Assembly: GCA_963674785.1 (NCBI GenBank)
Contig: OY771555.1
Coordinates: forward strand, 1,568,001 to 1,632,000
Length of the DNA: 64,000 bases
DNA from: Caldisericia bacterium
GTDB lineage: Bacteria > Caldisericota > Caldisericia > JAAYUI01
Direction of reading: 5' to 3'
The translations under genes were made by a program, and so were the position numbers. Below the pieces are notes generated by a model, which saw only the letters and a program-made list of their open reading frames with translations, was not told where the DNA came from and did not search any database. Within the stretch, counting starts at the first letter, position 1, and every line of letters begins with the position of its first letter. Shown in pieces: positions 8,778 to 21,309 of this stretch.

Positions 8778-9790
8778 TCGACCACCTCCAGGAGTTCTAA
8801 CCAATCTTCTGATACATTTCTGTTATCTCCGGCAACAATTGAAAGTGGAACCTCAACGATCTCATTCCGTTGCATTGCTGCCATTACACCTGATTTTCCC
8901 TGCATGAGCCATTTCATTGCGGTAATTCCAGACCTTAGTCCTAGAATCCTATCGAAAAGCGTTGGTGATCCTCCACGTTCAATATGTCCAAGTTTTGCAG
9001 AACGGGTAACAATCCCCGTTCTTTTGGAGATGATGTTTGCGACTTTTTCACCGACGTCTTTTTTTGCAAGGTTTTCATGACCAAATTCATCAATCTCTTC
9101 GCCGGTTGATTTGCCTATTTCAACTCCTTCAGATACTACGACTATGCCATATTTCTTTTCTTTATATGCCTCTTCAACTTTTTGAACTAAGGCATCCTCT
9201 GTCCAGTCTCTTTCGGGAATGAGTGTGTAGTCTGCGTATCCTCCAAGACCAGCGTAGAGTCCAACCCATCCAGCGTGGCGACCCATTACCTCAAGCACCA
9301 TTACTCTTCGGTGAGATTTTGCTGTATCTCTGAGCCTCATGATTGCGTCAATTGCAACGGTTGCTGCTGAATCAAAGCCGAAAGTAAAGTCAGTTCCTAC
9401 AAGGTCATTGTCCATTGTTTTAGGTATTCCGACAATTGGTAAACCTATTTCACAAAGCTTGGCAGATACTCCAAGTGTATCATCCCCACCAGCTGTCAGA
9501 AGACCGTCTAGTTTCAGGTTCTCAAATGTTTCTTTGACCCTGATTGCTCCACCTTCATGTTTGTATGGGTTTGTCCTTGATGTCCCAAGGATTGTCCCAC
9601 CCTGGCTCATGATGTCAGCAACTTCTTTTTTTGTGAGCTCAATGTAATCGGCATTCATCATACCATGCCAACCTTCGATCATCCCAAGTACTCTTGCTCC
9701 ATTCTTGAGTGCATAAAGGGTGGCACCATATATTGCGGGGTTTAATCCAGGGCAGTCCCCTCCGCCAGTTAGAATTGCGTAAGTTTTCAT
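8774..9790 (-). CDS. pfkA: 6-phosphofructokinase, group III, probably PPi-dependent
   Basis: GGDCPGLN, GGTILGTSR, GGDDT, PKTMDND, EVMGRHAG. Confidence 0.9.
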   Translation of the reverse strand: MKTYAILTGGGDCPGLNPAIYGATLYALKNGARVLGMIEGWHGMMNADYIELTKKEVADIMSQGGTILGTSRTNPYKHEGGAIRVKETFENLKLDGLLTAGGDDTLGVSAKLCEIGLPIVGIPKTMDNDLVGTDFTFGFDSAATVAIDAIMRLRDTAKSHRRVMVLEVMGRHAGWVGLYAGLGGYADYTLIPERDWTEDALVQKVEEAYKEKKYGIVVVSEGVEIGKSTGEEIDEFGHENLAKKDVGEKVANIISKRTGIVTRSAKLGHIERGGSPTLFDRILGLRSGITAMKWLMQGKSGVMAAMQRNEIVEVPLSIVAGDNRNVSEDWLELLEVVE

Positions 9791-9806
9791 CTAGCCTCCG
9801 GTCAGA

Positions 9807-12800
9807 TTACCAATCGGTTTTCTGTTTTATTTCTATTTGAAATTCACCAACGAGGTTTCGTAATTTGGTCAAAACATCGTTGCAACAATTGATTTTAATT
9901 GGCTCATCGGTTTCAAGTATCACCTTTTTTCCGCTTTTGGATAACATAAGCTCAACTTCAGAATTCCCTTTGTTTTGGTCAAGTATTTCTTTAAGTTCGG
10001 GGATGAGGTGTGATTGTGTTTCAAGCTCAACAAGTATGCATACAAGAGGCGGGGCTTTTGATTTTTCAATTTGAAGTTCTTCTACAGTGATTCTTCTTAC
10101 AATTGAATTTGCAATAATCTTCGGTGTACCCTCTTGTTTTTCAAGTCTTCCTTCAAGAACAACTATGTTTTCACCGTCAAGGTATTTGTCGACCGAATCA
10201 TAGAATCTGCCAAATGCAATAACTGGGCATGAACCTGTGAGATCCTCAATTGTGAATCTTGCAACCATCGAACCCTTTTTTGATTTTTTTCGTTTTGCGT
10301 TTGTTATGAGTCCAATGACTCGAACACTAGAATCCTCTTCCATATCTTTCAGATCGGATAAATCAGTGTGGGCTTCTCTATTTATAATTGTTTCATATGG
10401 TCTTAAGGGGTGGTCTGACATGTAAAAGCCGAGAATCTCTTTTTCCATCTCAAGGATCTCTTCTTTTGTTGTTTTGGAAGCTTGGGACTGTTCAACGGCA
10501 GCAAAAAGTCCCGGGCCTTCTGATGAAGAGTTGCCCATATCATCAATGAGTTTTCCTCGGTCTTCCCCTAGCGAATCGAATGCACCAGCTTTTATAAGAC
10601 TTTCTGTCACTTTTTTATTGATGTTTGTTCCCTGGATTTGGAACTTATAATCTTGAAAGTCCTTGAATTTCCCACATTTTTCTCTTACCTGGATTATCGA
10701 ATCAACAGCAGCTGTGCCGACATTTTTAAGTGCACCGAGACCAAATCTGATTGCATCTCCTTCGATTGAGAATTCGATTTCTGACTTATTAATATCTGGA
10801 GGGAGAACCTCAATCCCAGCTCTTCTGCACTCCCTGTACATCTCACTGACTTTGTCCTCATTTCCAAGCTGTGAAGTGAGGATTGATGTGTAGAATTCAA
10901 TTTTATAGTGAGTTTTAAGATATGCCGTTCGATATGCAAGCACACCATAACAACTGGCGTGTGCCTTGTTGAAGCCATATCCTGCGAAAGGCTCGATAAA
11001 TTTAAAGACTTCTTCTGCAACTTCCTTTGTTTTCCCATTCTCAACTGCTTTTTTTAGGAAGTTTATCTTTTGTTGGTTGAGAAGCTCTGGAATCTTTTTT
11101 CCAACAGCTTTCCTGAGCAGGTCTGCCTGTCCAACCGTAAAACCCGCAAATTCGTTTGCAATTTGGAGGATTTGTTCCTGGTATACGGCAACACCATAGG
11201 TTGGCTCAAGAATAGGTTTGAGGCTTTCATCGAGGTATGTCGGAACAATTGTTCCGTGTTTTCCGCCGATGAATTTTGGAATCCACTCCATTGGACCTGG
11301 TCTAAAAAGAGCAACCATGGCGATAATATCTGAGAGTACTGTTGGTTTCAAATCGCGAAGATATCTTCTCATGCCTGATGATTCGAGTTGGAAGACCCCT
11401 GTAGTGTCGGCTTCCTGAAGTGTTTTATATGTCTGCTCATCATCAAGGGGAAGGTTTTCAGGATCAATCTTTTCACCACGATTGGACTCAATTATGTGAC
11501 ATGTCCTATCGATGACTGAAAGGTTTCTGAGTCCAAGGAAATCAACCTTCAAAATTCCAAGTTCTTCAACAGCGTTTTTTTCAAATTGGGTTACTCGTTT
11601 TCCCTCTTTATCAAGCTGAACGGGAACATAACAAGACAAGGGTTTGTCTGCCATAACAACACCAGCAGCATGGGTTGAGAAGTTTCTCACAATCCCCTGA
11701 AGTCTCTTTGCTGTTCTGAAGAGCTGTTCGTGTTCCTTCTGGCTGGACATTTCCTTAAGGAACGGAACGGTTGATAAAGCTTCATCAAGGTCGGTTCCGA
11801 AAGGGACAGCCTTTGCGATTTTGTCCATATCCCCGTAGCTGTAGTTTAATGCTCTTCCGACATCTCTAAGAACGGCACGGGCTTCCATTCGACCGAAGGT
11901 TGCAACTTGAGCAACAGAATCCTCACCATATTTTTGTGTGACGTATTTGATGACTTCATCTCGTCTGGTATCGTCAAAATCAATATCAAAATCAGGCGGT
12001 GATACACGGTCTGGATTCAAGAATCTTTCAAAGAAAAGACCATATTCGAGTGGATTGAGGTCTGTAATATCAAGACAGTAGGAGACAAGTGATGCTGCTC
12101 CTGAGCCTCTTCCTGGGCCCACTGGAATGTGCTGGTCTTTTGCATATTTTATGAAATCCCAGACAACCAAGAAATAGTCAATAAATCCAGTTTCTTCGAT
12201 GATGCCCATCTCATATTTGATTCTGTCAACTATTTCATGGGTAATCTTATCACCAAAACGTCTCTTTGTACCTTCGTGGATTCGATCTTCAAGGAATTGC
12301 TTATGGGCAGCAGGGTCGTCAGATTCAATGTCTTTGAATTTTGGAGGGTGAGGGACTCCAAGCTCAATTTCGACGTTGCAGCGTTCGGCAATTTCAAGCG
12401 TGCCACTTATTGCCTCAGGTATCCAATCAAACTGTTGTTTCATCTCCTCGGCTGTTTTGATGTAAAACCCCGACCCTGAAAAACGCATTCTGTCAGGATC
12501 ATCCTTTTTTGAGAGGGTCTGAACACAAAGTAAAGTGTCGTGAGCGTCTGCATCTTCGCCATCAAGATAATGAGCATCCTGGGCAGCAATGACTGGGAGA
12601 TTATATTTTTTGGAAAGCTCAACAAGTTTTGGTAGAGCCCTAATTTCTTCTTGTATGCCGTGGTCTTGAAGCTCTATCCACAGTCTTCCAGGAAAGATAT
12701 CCATATAGGTTTTGAGAGCTTTTTCTGCACCTTCAACATCACCACTGACAAGTTTGCTTGGCACTTCACCAGCAATACATGCGGTTGTTGCGAGGATTCC

Positions 12801-13178
12801 ATCTGAATATTTTGCTAAGGTTTCGTAGTCTAATCTCGGTTTATAATAGAACCCTCTAGTGTGTGATTCTGAAACAAGATGCATGAGATTTTCATACCCC
12901 TTGTTATTTTCTGCAAGAAGGATCAGATGATAATAGCTTGAGCCTGCGGTTTTTCTGTCCATCCCTTCGGGGGCAATATATGCCTCCACTCCCATGATGG
13001 GTTTTACTTCATATTTTTTACAGGCTTTGTAAAAGTCGATTGCACCGTACATGACACCATGGTCAGTCAGTGCAATCGCTGGCATGTTTAGCTGTTTAGC
13101 TTTGGCTGCCATCTCATAAACCTTGATGGCGCCGTCTAAAATTGAATATTCCGAATGATTATGTAGGTGTACAAACAT
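9807..13178 (-). CDS. dnaE: DNA polymerase III alpha subunit
   Basis: PHP domain HLHNHSEYS, GPGRGSGA, PDFDIDF, GYGFNKAH, OB fold. Confidence 0.97.
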   Translation of the reverse strand: MFVHLHNHSEYSILDGAIKVYEMAAKAKQLNMPAIALTDHGVMYGAIDFYKACKKYEVKPIMGVEAYIAPEGMDRKTAGSSYYHLILLAENNKGYENLMHLVSESHTRGFYYKPRLDYETLAKYSDGILATTACIAGEVPSKLVSGDVEGAEKALKTYMDIFPGRLWIELQDHGIQEEIRALPKLVELSKKYNLPVIAAQDAHYLDGEDADAHDTLLCVQTLSKKDDPDRMRFSGSGFYIKTAEEMKQQFDWIPEAISGTLEIAERCNVEIELGVPHPPKFKDIESDDPAAHKQFLEDRIHEGTKRRFGDKITHEIVDRIKYEMGIIEETGFIDYFLVVWDFIKYAKDQHIPVGPGRGSGAASLVSYCLDITDLNPLEYGLFFERFLNPDRVSPPDFDIDFDDTRRDEVIKYVTQKYGEDSVAQVATFGRMEARAVLRDVGRALNYSYGDMDKIAKAVPFGTDLDEALSTVPFLKEMSSQKEHEQLFRTAKRLQGIVRNFSTHAAGVVMADKPLSCYVPVQLDKEGKRVTQFEKNAVEELGILKVDFLGLRNLSVIDRTCHIIESNRGEKIDPENLPLDDEQTYKTLQEADTTGVFQLESSGMRRYLRDLKPTVLSDIIAMVALFRPGPMEWIPKFIGGKHGTIVPTYLDESLKPILEPTYGVAVYQEQILQIANEFAGFTVGQADLLRKAVGKKIPELLNQQKINFLKKAVENGKTKEVAEEVFKFIEPFAGYGFNKAHASCYGVLAYRTAYLKTHYKIEFYTSILTSQLGNEDKVSEMYRECRRAGIEVLPPDINKSEIEFSIEGDAIRFGLGALKNVGTAAVDSIIQVREKCGKFKDFQDYKFQIQGTNINKKVTESLIKAGAFDSLGEDRGKLIDDMGNSSSEGPGLFAAVEQSQASKTTKEEILEMEKEILGFYMSDHPLRPYETIINREAHTDLSDLKDMEEDSSVRVIGLITNAKRKKSKKGSMVARFTIEDLTGSCPVIAFGRFYDSVDKYLDGENIVVLEGRLEKQEGTPKIIANSIVRRITVEELQIEKSKAPPLVCILVELETQSHLIPELKEILDQNKGNSEVELMLSKSGKKVILETDEPIKINCCNDVLTKLRNLVGEFQIEIKQKTDW

Positions 13179-13187
13179 CGTTTGGTA

Positions 13188-14507
13188 TTATATACCAAAT
13201 TCTTTTTCAATTCGATTGGCGGTTTCGTTAACAACTCTCTGACACTCATCTTTTGATGGAGATTCGGCCATTACTCTAATTTTTGGTTCAGTTCCAGATG
13301 GTCTTATTAAAACTCTCCCGCTTCCTGAAAACTGTTTTGTTCCCCACTCATTGAGTTCAGGGATGATTCCAGAATCAAGAACCGCTTGTTTGTCTTTCAC
13401 TATCACGTTGATCAGAAATTGAGGGTAGGTTGGAATTTTTCCTGCGAGAGTTGAAAGGTTTCCGCTAAGGTTTTCTATTGCCTCAAGGAGAGAAATTGCT
13501 GTTACAAGTCCATCCCCAGTTGTTCCGCGGTCAGCAACGATGACATGTCCGGATTGTTCACCACCAAGGTTTGAACCAGTTTCCTTCATCTCTTTCCAAA
13601 CGTATCTGTCGCCGACTTGTGTTCTTTTCATTGAAATATTCAGTGATTTCAGGTAATCGGCAAGGCCACCATTGCTCATGACGGTAGCTATCATCAAATC
13701 GTTTGGAAGTCGGTTTTGCTTTTGAAGAGAGGTTGCGATAATCCCCATGATCTTGTCACCGTCAACAATATCACCATTTTCATCGACTGCAATACATCTA
13801 TCACCATCGCCATCGAAGGAAAAACCAGCAACCACATCATCATTTTCTTTCACGAGCTTGGAGGCGGTCTCCGGGTGCGTTGCGCCACAGTTTGTATTTA
13901 TTCTGTCTCCATCATTGCTTGCTGCAAACTCGATAACCTCTGCCCCTAATGATTTAAAAAGTTTTGGAGCAATACTGTATGTTGCACCAAAGGCACAATC
14001 GATTGCTATCTTTTTCCCTGAAAGATTCAATGATGTAGTCTTTAACAGATGACCGAGATAATCATCTTGTAGTGACTCTTCATATCTGCATTCAAAGCCT
14101 TGGTATTCAGAATCAAAACCATTGAGTTTTGCCTCAATCGCGTTTTCCTGCTCGTCTGTGAGTTTTTCTCCGGATGAACTGAAGAATTTAATTCCGTTGT
14201 ATTCAGCGGGATTGTGTGATGCTGAAATCACAACACCCATTGATTTTCTGGTTTTGCATATATGAGCAATACCGGGTGTTGGAATGACACCAACAGAAAC
14301 AACATCCCAACCTTCGGATTTGAATCCATGACAGACTGCATTTTCGATGTCTGGCCCAGAGAGTCTTGTGTCTCTACCTATAAAAAGAGTCGAGTTCTCA
14401 GATGAAAACTCGACTGCCGTTGCTTTTGAGACTTGAGCGACCAGTTTCTCGGTCAACTCTTTGTAGGCGATTCCTCTGATACCGTCGGTACCAAAAAACT
14501 TGCCCAT
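13188..14507 (-). CDS. glmM: Phosphoglucosamine mutase
   Basis: FGTDGIRG, SASHNP, DGDGDR, GGEQSGH, RPSGTEP. Confidence 0.95.
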   Translation of the reverse strand: MGKFFGTDGIRGIAYKELTEKLVAQVSKATAVEFSSENSTLFIGRDTRLSGPDIENAVCHGFKSEGWDVVSVGVIPTPGIAHICKTRKSMGVVISASHNPAEYNGIKFFSSSGEKLTDEQENAIEAKLNGFDSEYQGFECRYEESLQDDYLGHLLKTTSLNLSGKKIAIDCAFGATYSIAPKLFKSLGAEVIEFAASNDGDRINTNCGATHPETASKLVKENDDVVAGFSFDGDGDRCIAVDENGDIVDGDKIMGIIATSLQKQNRLPNDLMIATVMSNGGLADYLKSLNISMKRTQVGDRYVWKEMKETGSNLGGEQSGHVIVADRGTTGDGLVTAISLLEAIENLSGNLSTLAGKIPTYPQFLINVIVKDKQAVLDSGIIPELNEWGTKQFSGSGRVLIRPSGTEPKIRVMAESPSKDECQRVVNETANRIEKEFGI

Positions 14508-14860
14508 TAATTGAGTTTTGACTTTGCAAGCTCAACGAGTTTGGTGAATGCGTTTGGATCTTCGATTGCAAGTCTTGCAAGGATTTTTCTGTCTGTTTCA
14601 TATTCAGCAAGTTTGAGACCATTGATGAATCTTGAATATGAGATTCCATTCTCTCTTGTTGCTGCATTGATTCTTGTGATCCAGAGTCTTCTGAAGTCTC
14701 TCTTTTTGTTTCTTCTGTGGATGAATGCAGATCTTTCAGCGTGTAAGACAGCTTCGTTTGCAACTCTAAATCTTTTGTGTGCGGCACCAAAAAAACCTTT
14801 GGCTCGCTTGAGTACCTTTTTATGTCTCTTTCTTGCTGTGACTCCTGTTTTGATTCTCAT
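14507..14860 (-). CDS. rplT: 50S ribosomal protein L20
   Basis: [16 protein letters not shown]; [13 protein letters not shown]. Confidence 0.97.
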   Translation of the reverse strand: MRIKTGVTARKRHKKVLKRAKGFFGAAHKRFRVANEAVLHAERSAFIHRRNKKRDFRRLWITRINAATRENGISYSRFINGLKLAEYETDRKILARLAIEDPNAFTKLVELAKSKLN

Positions 14861-14861
14861 G

Positions 14862-15104
14862 TTACATACCTCTTACTGTCTTATTGATTCTTCTACCTTT
14901 AACTCCATTTGGTAAAAGGGCTTTTGTCATTTTTAAAATTGCATCATTTGATGTTTTTTTACACATCTTGAATTTTAAGGTTTTACCTGATTTTTTTCTT
15001 CTGATGTGAGATGCTCCAGCACTCTGATTAACAAGCTTTCCTGAGCCTGTAAGTCTGTACCTTTTCTTTGCTGAACTCTTGGTCTTTGCCTTCAACTTAG
15101 CCAT
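14862..15104 (-). CDS. rpmI: 50S ribosomal protein L35 (short C-terminal extension)
   Basis: [17 protein letters not shown]; position between infC and rplT. Confidence 0.9.
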   Translation of the reverse strand: MAKLKAKTKSSAKKRYRLTGSGKLVNQSAGASHIRRKKSGKTLKFKMCKKTSNDAILKMTKALLPNGVKGRRINKTVRGM

Positions 15105-15666
15105 TTTCAGTAGTCTCCTTCTTTTTGTGAGGTGCGATAATCATGTGCATTCTTCTGCCATCCATCCTTGGCTGATGCTCAACGAACCCCAAACTTTCAA
15201 CTTCGTCTGCAATCTCTTGAAGCATGTCAAATCCACGCTGTTTGTGGATCATTTCTCTTCCACGGAAACGAATGACAACTTTTGCTTTGTTTCCGTTTAG
15301 AAGGAACCTTCTGACATGTCCAAGCTTTGTCTTGAAATCGCCAACATCAACAGAAAGCCTGAACTGCATTTCTTTGATATCTGCGTGAACTTGCTTACGT
15401 CTGTTCTCTTTTGCTTTTTTTTCAAGTTCGTAGCGATATTTCCCGTAGTCTAAAATCTTACATACTGGGGGATCACTATTTGGTGAAATCTCAACCAGAT
15501 CTAGACCTGCAAGCGTTGCTCTTTCTATGGCGTCATAAACACTTACAACCCCAACCTGGTTTCCGACTTCGTCAATAAGTCTCACATTTGGAACTCGAAT
15601 CTCTTTGTTGACTCGAAGAGTATTACGTTTCTTGTTCCTTCTATCATCGAATCTTCTATTGTCTAT
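15097..15666 (-). CDS. infC: Translation initiation factor IF-3 (probable AUA start)
   Basis: VNKEIRVPNVRLID, DLVEISPNSDPPVCKILDYGKY, FRGRE; GGAGG lies 5 nt before ATA 15666. Confidence 0.95.
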   Translation of the reverse strand: MDNRRFDDRRNKKRNTLRVNKEIRVPNVRLIDEVGNQVGVVSVYDAIERATLAGLDLVEISPNSDPPVCKILDYGKYRYELEKKAKENRRKQVHADIKEMQFRLSVDVGDFKTKLGHVRRFLLNGNKAKVVIRFRGREMIHKQRGFDMLQEIADEVESLGFVEHQPRMDGRRMHMIIAPHKKKETTENG

Positions 15667-15679
15667 TTTATCCTCCATT

Positions 15680-15797
15680 ATCGCATGCAAAAATGCGACA
15701 AAACAAATAAAAAGTCATTTCTCAGACTGTGCGTACCGCGTTTCGTCAAGACCTGAGGATTATATACCGCCAGGTGGGTGCCAACACCACTTGACCA
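15680..15797 (-). promoter_or_regulatory. Structured 5' leader of infC-rpmI-rplT (candidate L20-binding leader)
   Basis: GTCAAG/CTTGAC outer helix, GGTG-TTGG-CACC hairpin and ACCTG/CAGGT helix form a three-way junction; TTGACT -35 at 15823-15828. Confidence 0.55.
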
Positions 15798-15912
15798 CGT
15801 ATTTTTCATGACTATGAAAAAAAGTCAAGAAAATTGAACACATATAATCGTATTTATATCTAGCAGTGCTAGAATCCGTGAAGATTATGTAAATCCTTCA
15901 GGAGAAAAATAA

Positions 15913-18912
<3,000 letters not shown>

Positions 18913-18961
18913 CTTCACAAATTCCTGAATATCTGTATACTTCAGTCATGAATTGGAGGAT

Positions 18962-20872
18962 ATGATGGAAATTAAAGTTAATGACAAAGTGATTGAAATC
19001 GAATCTGGGTCGAATATTTTCCAGATTTTGAAAGCAGCAGATGCCCCTGTAAACACTATCCTTGCTGCTAAAATAGGAGATAAACTTGTTGATCTTTCAA
19101 CAGAAGTATGTACAGATTGCCAAATTGAAACTATAACCCACGAAGATGAAGCAGGAAGAGAGATTTTTCTTCATTCATCAGCTCATTTGCTTGCATATGC
19201 AATATTGAAACTTTTCCCTGATACAAAGTTTGCAATTGGTCCTGCAATCAAAGATGGATTTTATTATGACCTTGAACTTAAAAATCCCATAATCGAGGAA
19301 GACCTTTCAAAAATCGAAAAACAGATGAAAAAGATTGTGAAGGAGAGGGTCAAATTTGAGCGTGAGGAAATCAGTAGACTTGATGCAATCAAGCTCTTTG
19401 AAGGTCGCGGGGACAGATTCAAAGTTGAGCTTCTTGAAGGCATGGAAGATGAAACGGTTACTCTTTACAAGCTTGGAGACTTCCTTGACCTTTGCAGAGG
19501 TCCACACGTACCAAACAGCGGTTATCTGAAACACTTCAAACTTACAAGTATTGCTGGCGCTTATTGGCGTGGTGATGAAAAGCGTGAGATGCTCACCAGA
19601 ATCTATGGAACGAGTTATCCAACCGCAGAAGAGCTTGAAGCACACATTAAAAAACTTGAAGAGATTGCAAAACGTGATCACAGAATTCTTGGAAAGAGTC
19701 TCGAGCTTTTCGCAATTGATGAATCGGTTGGTGGAGGACTTGTTGTATGGCTTCCAAACGGTGCAATCTTAAGATCAACCGTCGAAGATCTTTGGAGAGA
19801 GCAGCATAGAAAACGTGGTTATCAATTGGTTTACACACCACACATTGGAAAAGCTGACCTTTGGAAGACTTCTGGGCATCTGGATTTCTACAAAGAGGGT
19901 ATGTATCCATCAATGGATTTGGAAAATGTTGACTACTATGTAAAACCAATGAATTGCCCATTCCATATGGTTGCATATCTTTCTAAAAAAAGAAGTTACA
20001 GAGAGCTTCCGTACAGGATTGCAGAGCTTGGAACTGTTTACAGGTTCGAGCGTTCTGGCACTCTTCATGGTTTACTGAGAGTTCGTGGGTTCTCCGTTGA
20101 TGATGGTCATATCTTTTGTACTCCAGAACAGCTTGAGGAAGAGGTCAAAGAAGTAGTCAGATTTGCAATTGAGCTTCTAGAGACCTTTGGTTTCAAGGAA
20201 TATCAGGTTTATCTTTCAACTCGCCCTGAAGAAAAATTTGTTGGTGAAATTGAAAGATGGGATAGAGCCGAAGAGGTATTAAAGATTGCTCTTGAATCCA
20301 TGAATTTGAAATATGAGTATGACCACGGTGGCGGTGCATTCTATGGTCCAAAGATTGACATTAAGATTATTGATGCACTTGGAAGACCATGGCAGACCTC
20401 AACTTGTCAGTTTGATTTCAACCTTCCTGAGAGGTTTGACTTGAACTATATTGGTGAAGATGGAGCTGAACACCGACCATATATTGTTCACCGTGCACTC
20501 CTTGGTTCACTTGAAAGATTCATCGGTTGTTTGATTGAGCATTATGCTGGTGCATTCCCACTTTGGCTTGCCCCACAACAGGCTGTAGTAATTCCAATTA
20601 CTGATGATGTAAATGATTATGGAACAAAGCTTGTAGATGAACTTAAAGAAGCTGGAATCAGAGCAGAGATTGATCTTGGTTCAGACCGAATGCAGGCAAA
20701 AATCAGAAAAGCAGAACTAGCAAAGATTCCTTATGTCTTGGTTATTGGAAGACGTGAGGCGGAGGCCGGACAGGTTTCTGTTAGAAGACATGGAAAGGGT
20801 GACTTGGGTGTCAAATCTGTATCAGAACTGAAAGAGATGTTGACACAGGAGATTTGTGAAAAAACCGAGTAG
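18962..20872 (+). CDS. thrS: Threonyl-tRNA synthetase
   Basis: TGS domain, HSSAHLL, DLCRGPH, RDHRILG, KPMNCP, GAFYGPKID; SD GGAGG. Confidence 0.97.
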   Translation: MMEIKVNDKVIEIESGSNIFQILKAADAPVNTILAAKIGDKLVDLSTEVCTDCQIETITHEDEAGREIFLHSSAHLLAYAILKLFPDTKFAIGPAIKDGFYYDLELKNPIIEEDLSKIEKQMKKIVKERVKFEREEISRLDAIKLFEGRGDRFKVELLEGMEDETVTLYKLGDFLDLCRGPHVPNSGYLKHFKLTSIAGAYWRGDEKREMLTRIYGTSYPTAEELEAHIKKLEEIAKRDHRILGKSLELFAIDESVGGGLVVWLPNGAILRSTVEDLWREQHRKRGYQLVYTPHIGKADLWKTSGHLDFYKEGMYPSMDLENVDYYVKPMNCPFHMVAYLSKKRSYRELPYRIAELGTVYRFERSGTLHGLLRVRGFSVDDGHIFCTPEQLEEEVKEVVRFAIELLETFGFKEYQVYLSTRPEEKFVGEIERWDRAEEVLKIALESMNLKYEYDHGGGAFYGPKIDIKIIDALGRPWQTSTCQFDFNLPERFDLNYIGEDGAEHRPYIVHRALLGSLERFIGCLIEHYAGAFPLWLAPQQAVVIPITDDVNDYGTKLVDELKEAGIRAEIDLGSDRMQAKIRKAELAKIPYVLVIGRREAEAGQVSVRRHGKGDLGVKSVSELKEMLTQEICEKTE

Positions 20873-21278
20873 TCCAATTTTTGCCTGGTTGATACTGGGT
20901 TTAATATCAACCATTCTTTGCTGGTTTGTGATTTGGTTGGTTGAGTTGTTTTTTGTGGTTCCGTTACCAAACGTAGTACTAATAATCTTCATAGTGCTGG
21001 GTTTCTTCCCAGCACTATGTGCAATTTTTGGACTAAGACTTCTTGGTATTATTGGTTTTTTTGGGATTGTAGTTGGGATTTTGTGGGGATTAATCCATGC
21101 AACAATATACGGAAGTATGTGGCAATATGTATTTATTTTCGATTTCATAAGAGTTTATTCTGTATTTATTATTCTTGGTTGCCTTGTACAATTATTCCTT
21201 GGAGGGTTGACTGGCAAGAAGAAAAAAAGACCAATGAAAAATGAACCACTTGACACATATCGGGTTTATGAGATTTAA
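20856..21278 (+). CDS. Hypothetical membrane protein (about 4 TMs)
   Basis: Hydrophobic 140-aa ORF overlapping the thrS stop. Confidence 0.6.
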   Translation: MKKPSSPIFAWLILGLISTILCWFVIWLVELFFVVPLPNVVLIIFIVLGFFPALCAIFGLRLLGIIGFFGIVVGILWGLIHATIYGSMWQYVFIFDFIRVYSVFIILGCLVQLFLGGLTGKKKKRPMKNEPLDTYRVYEI

Positions 21279-21309
21279 TTGGTATAAATAGAAAAAAAGG
21301 AGGTTTTCT

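Noticed and set aside
9807-13178. Intein in DnaE
   Set aside because: Normal length and no intein splice-junction or LAGLIDADG motifs
21245-21309. CtsR or CIRCE heat-shock operator before the Clp ATPase
   Set aside because: No GTCAAA direct repeat or TTAGCACTC inverted repeat; only a possible TTGACA-18-TTTAAT promoter
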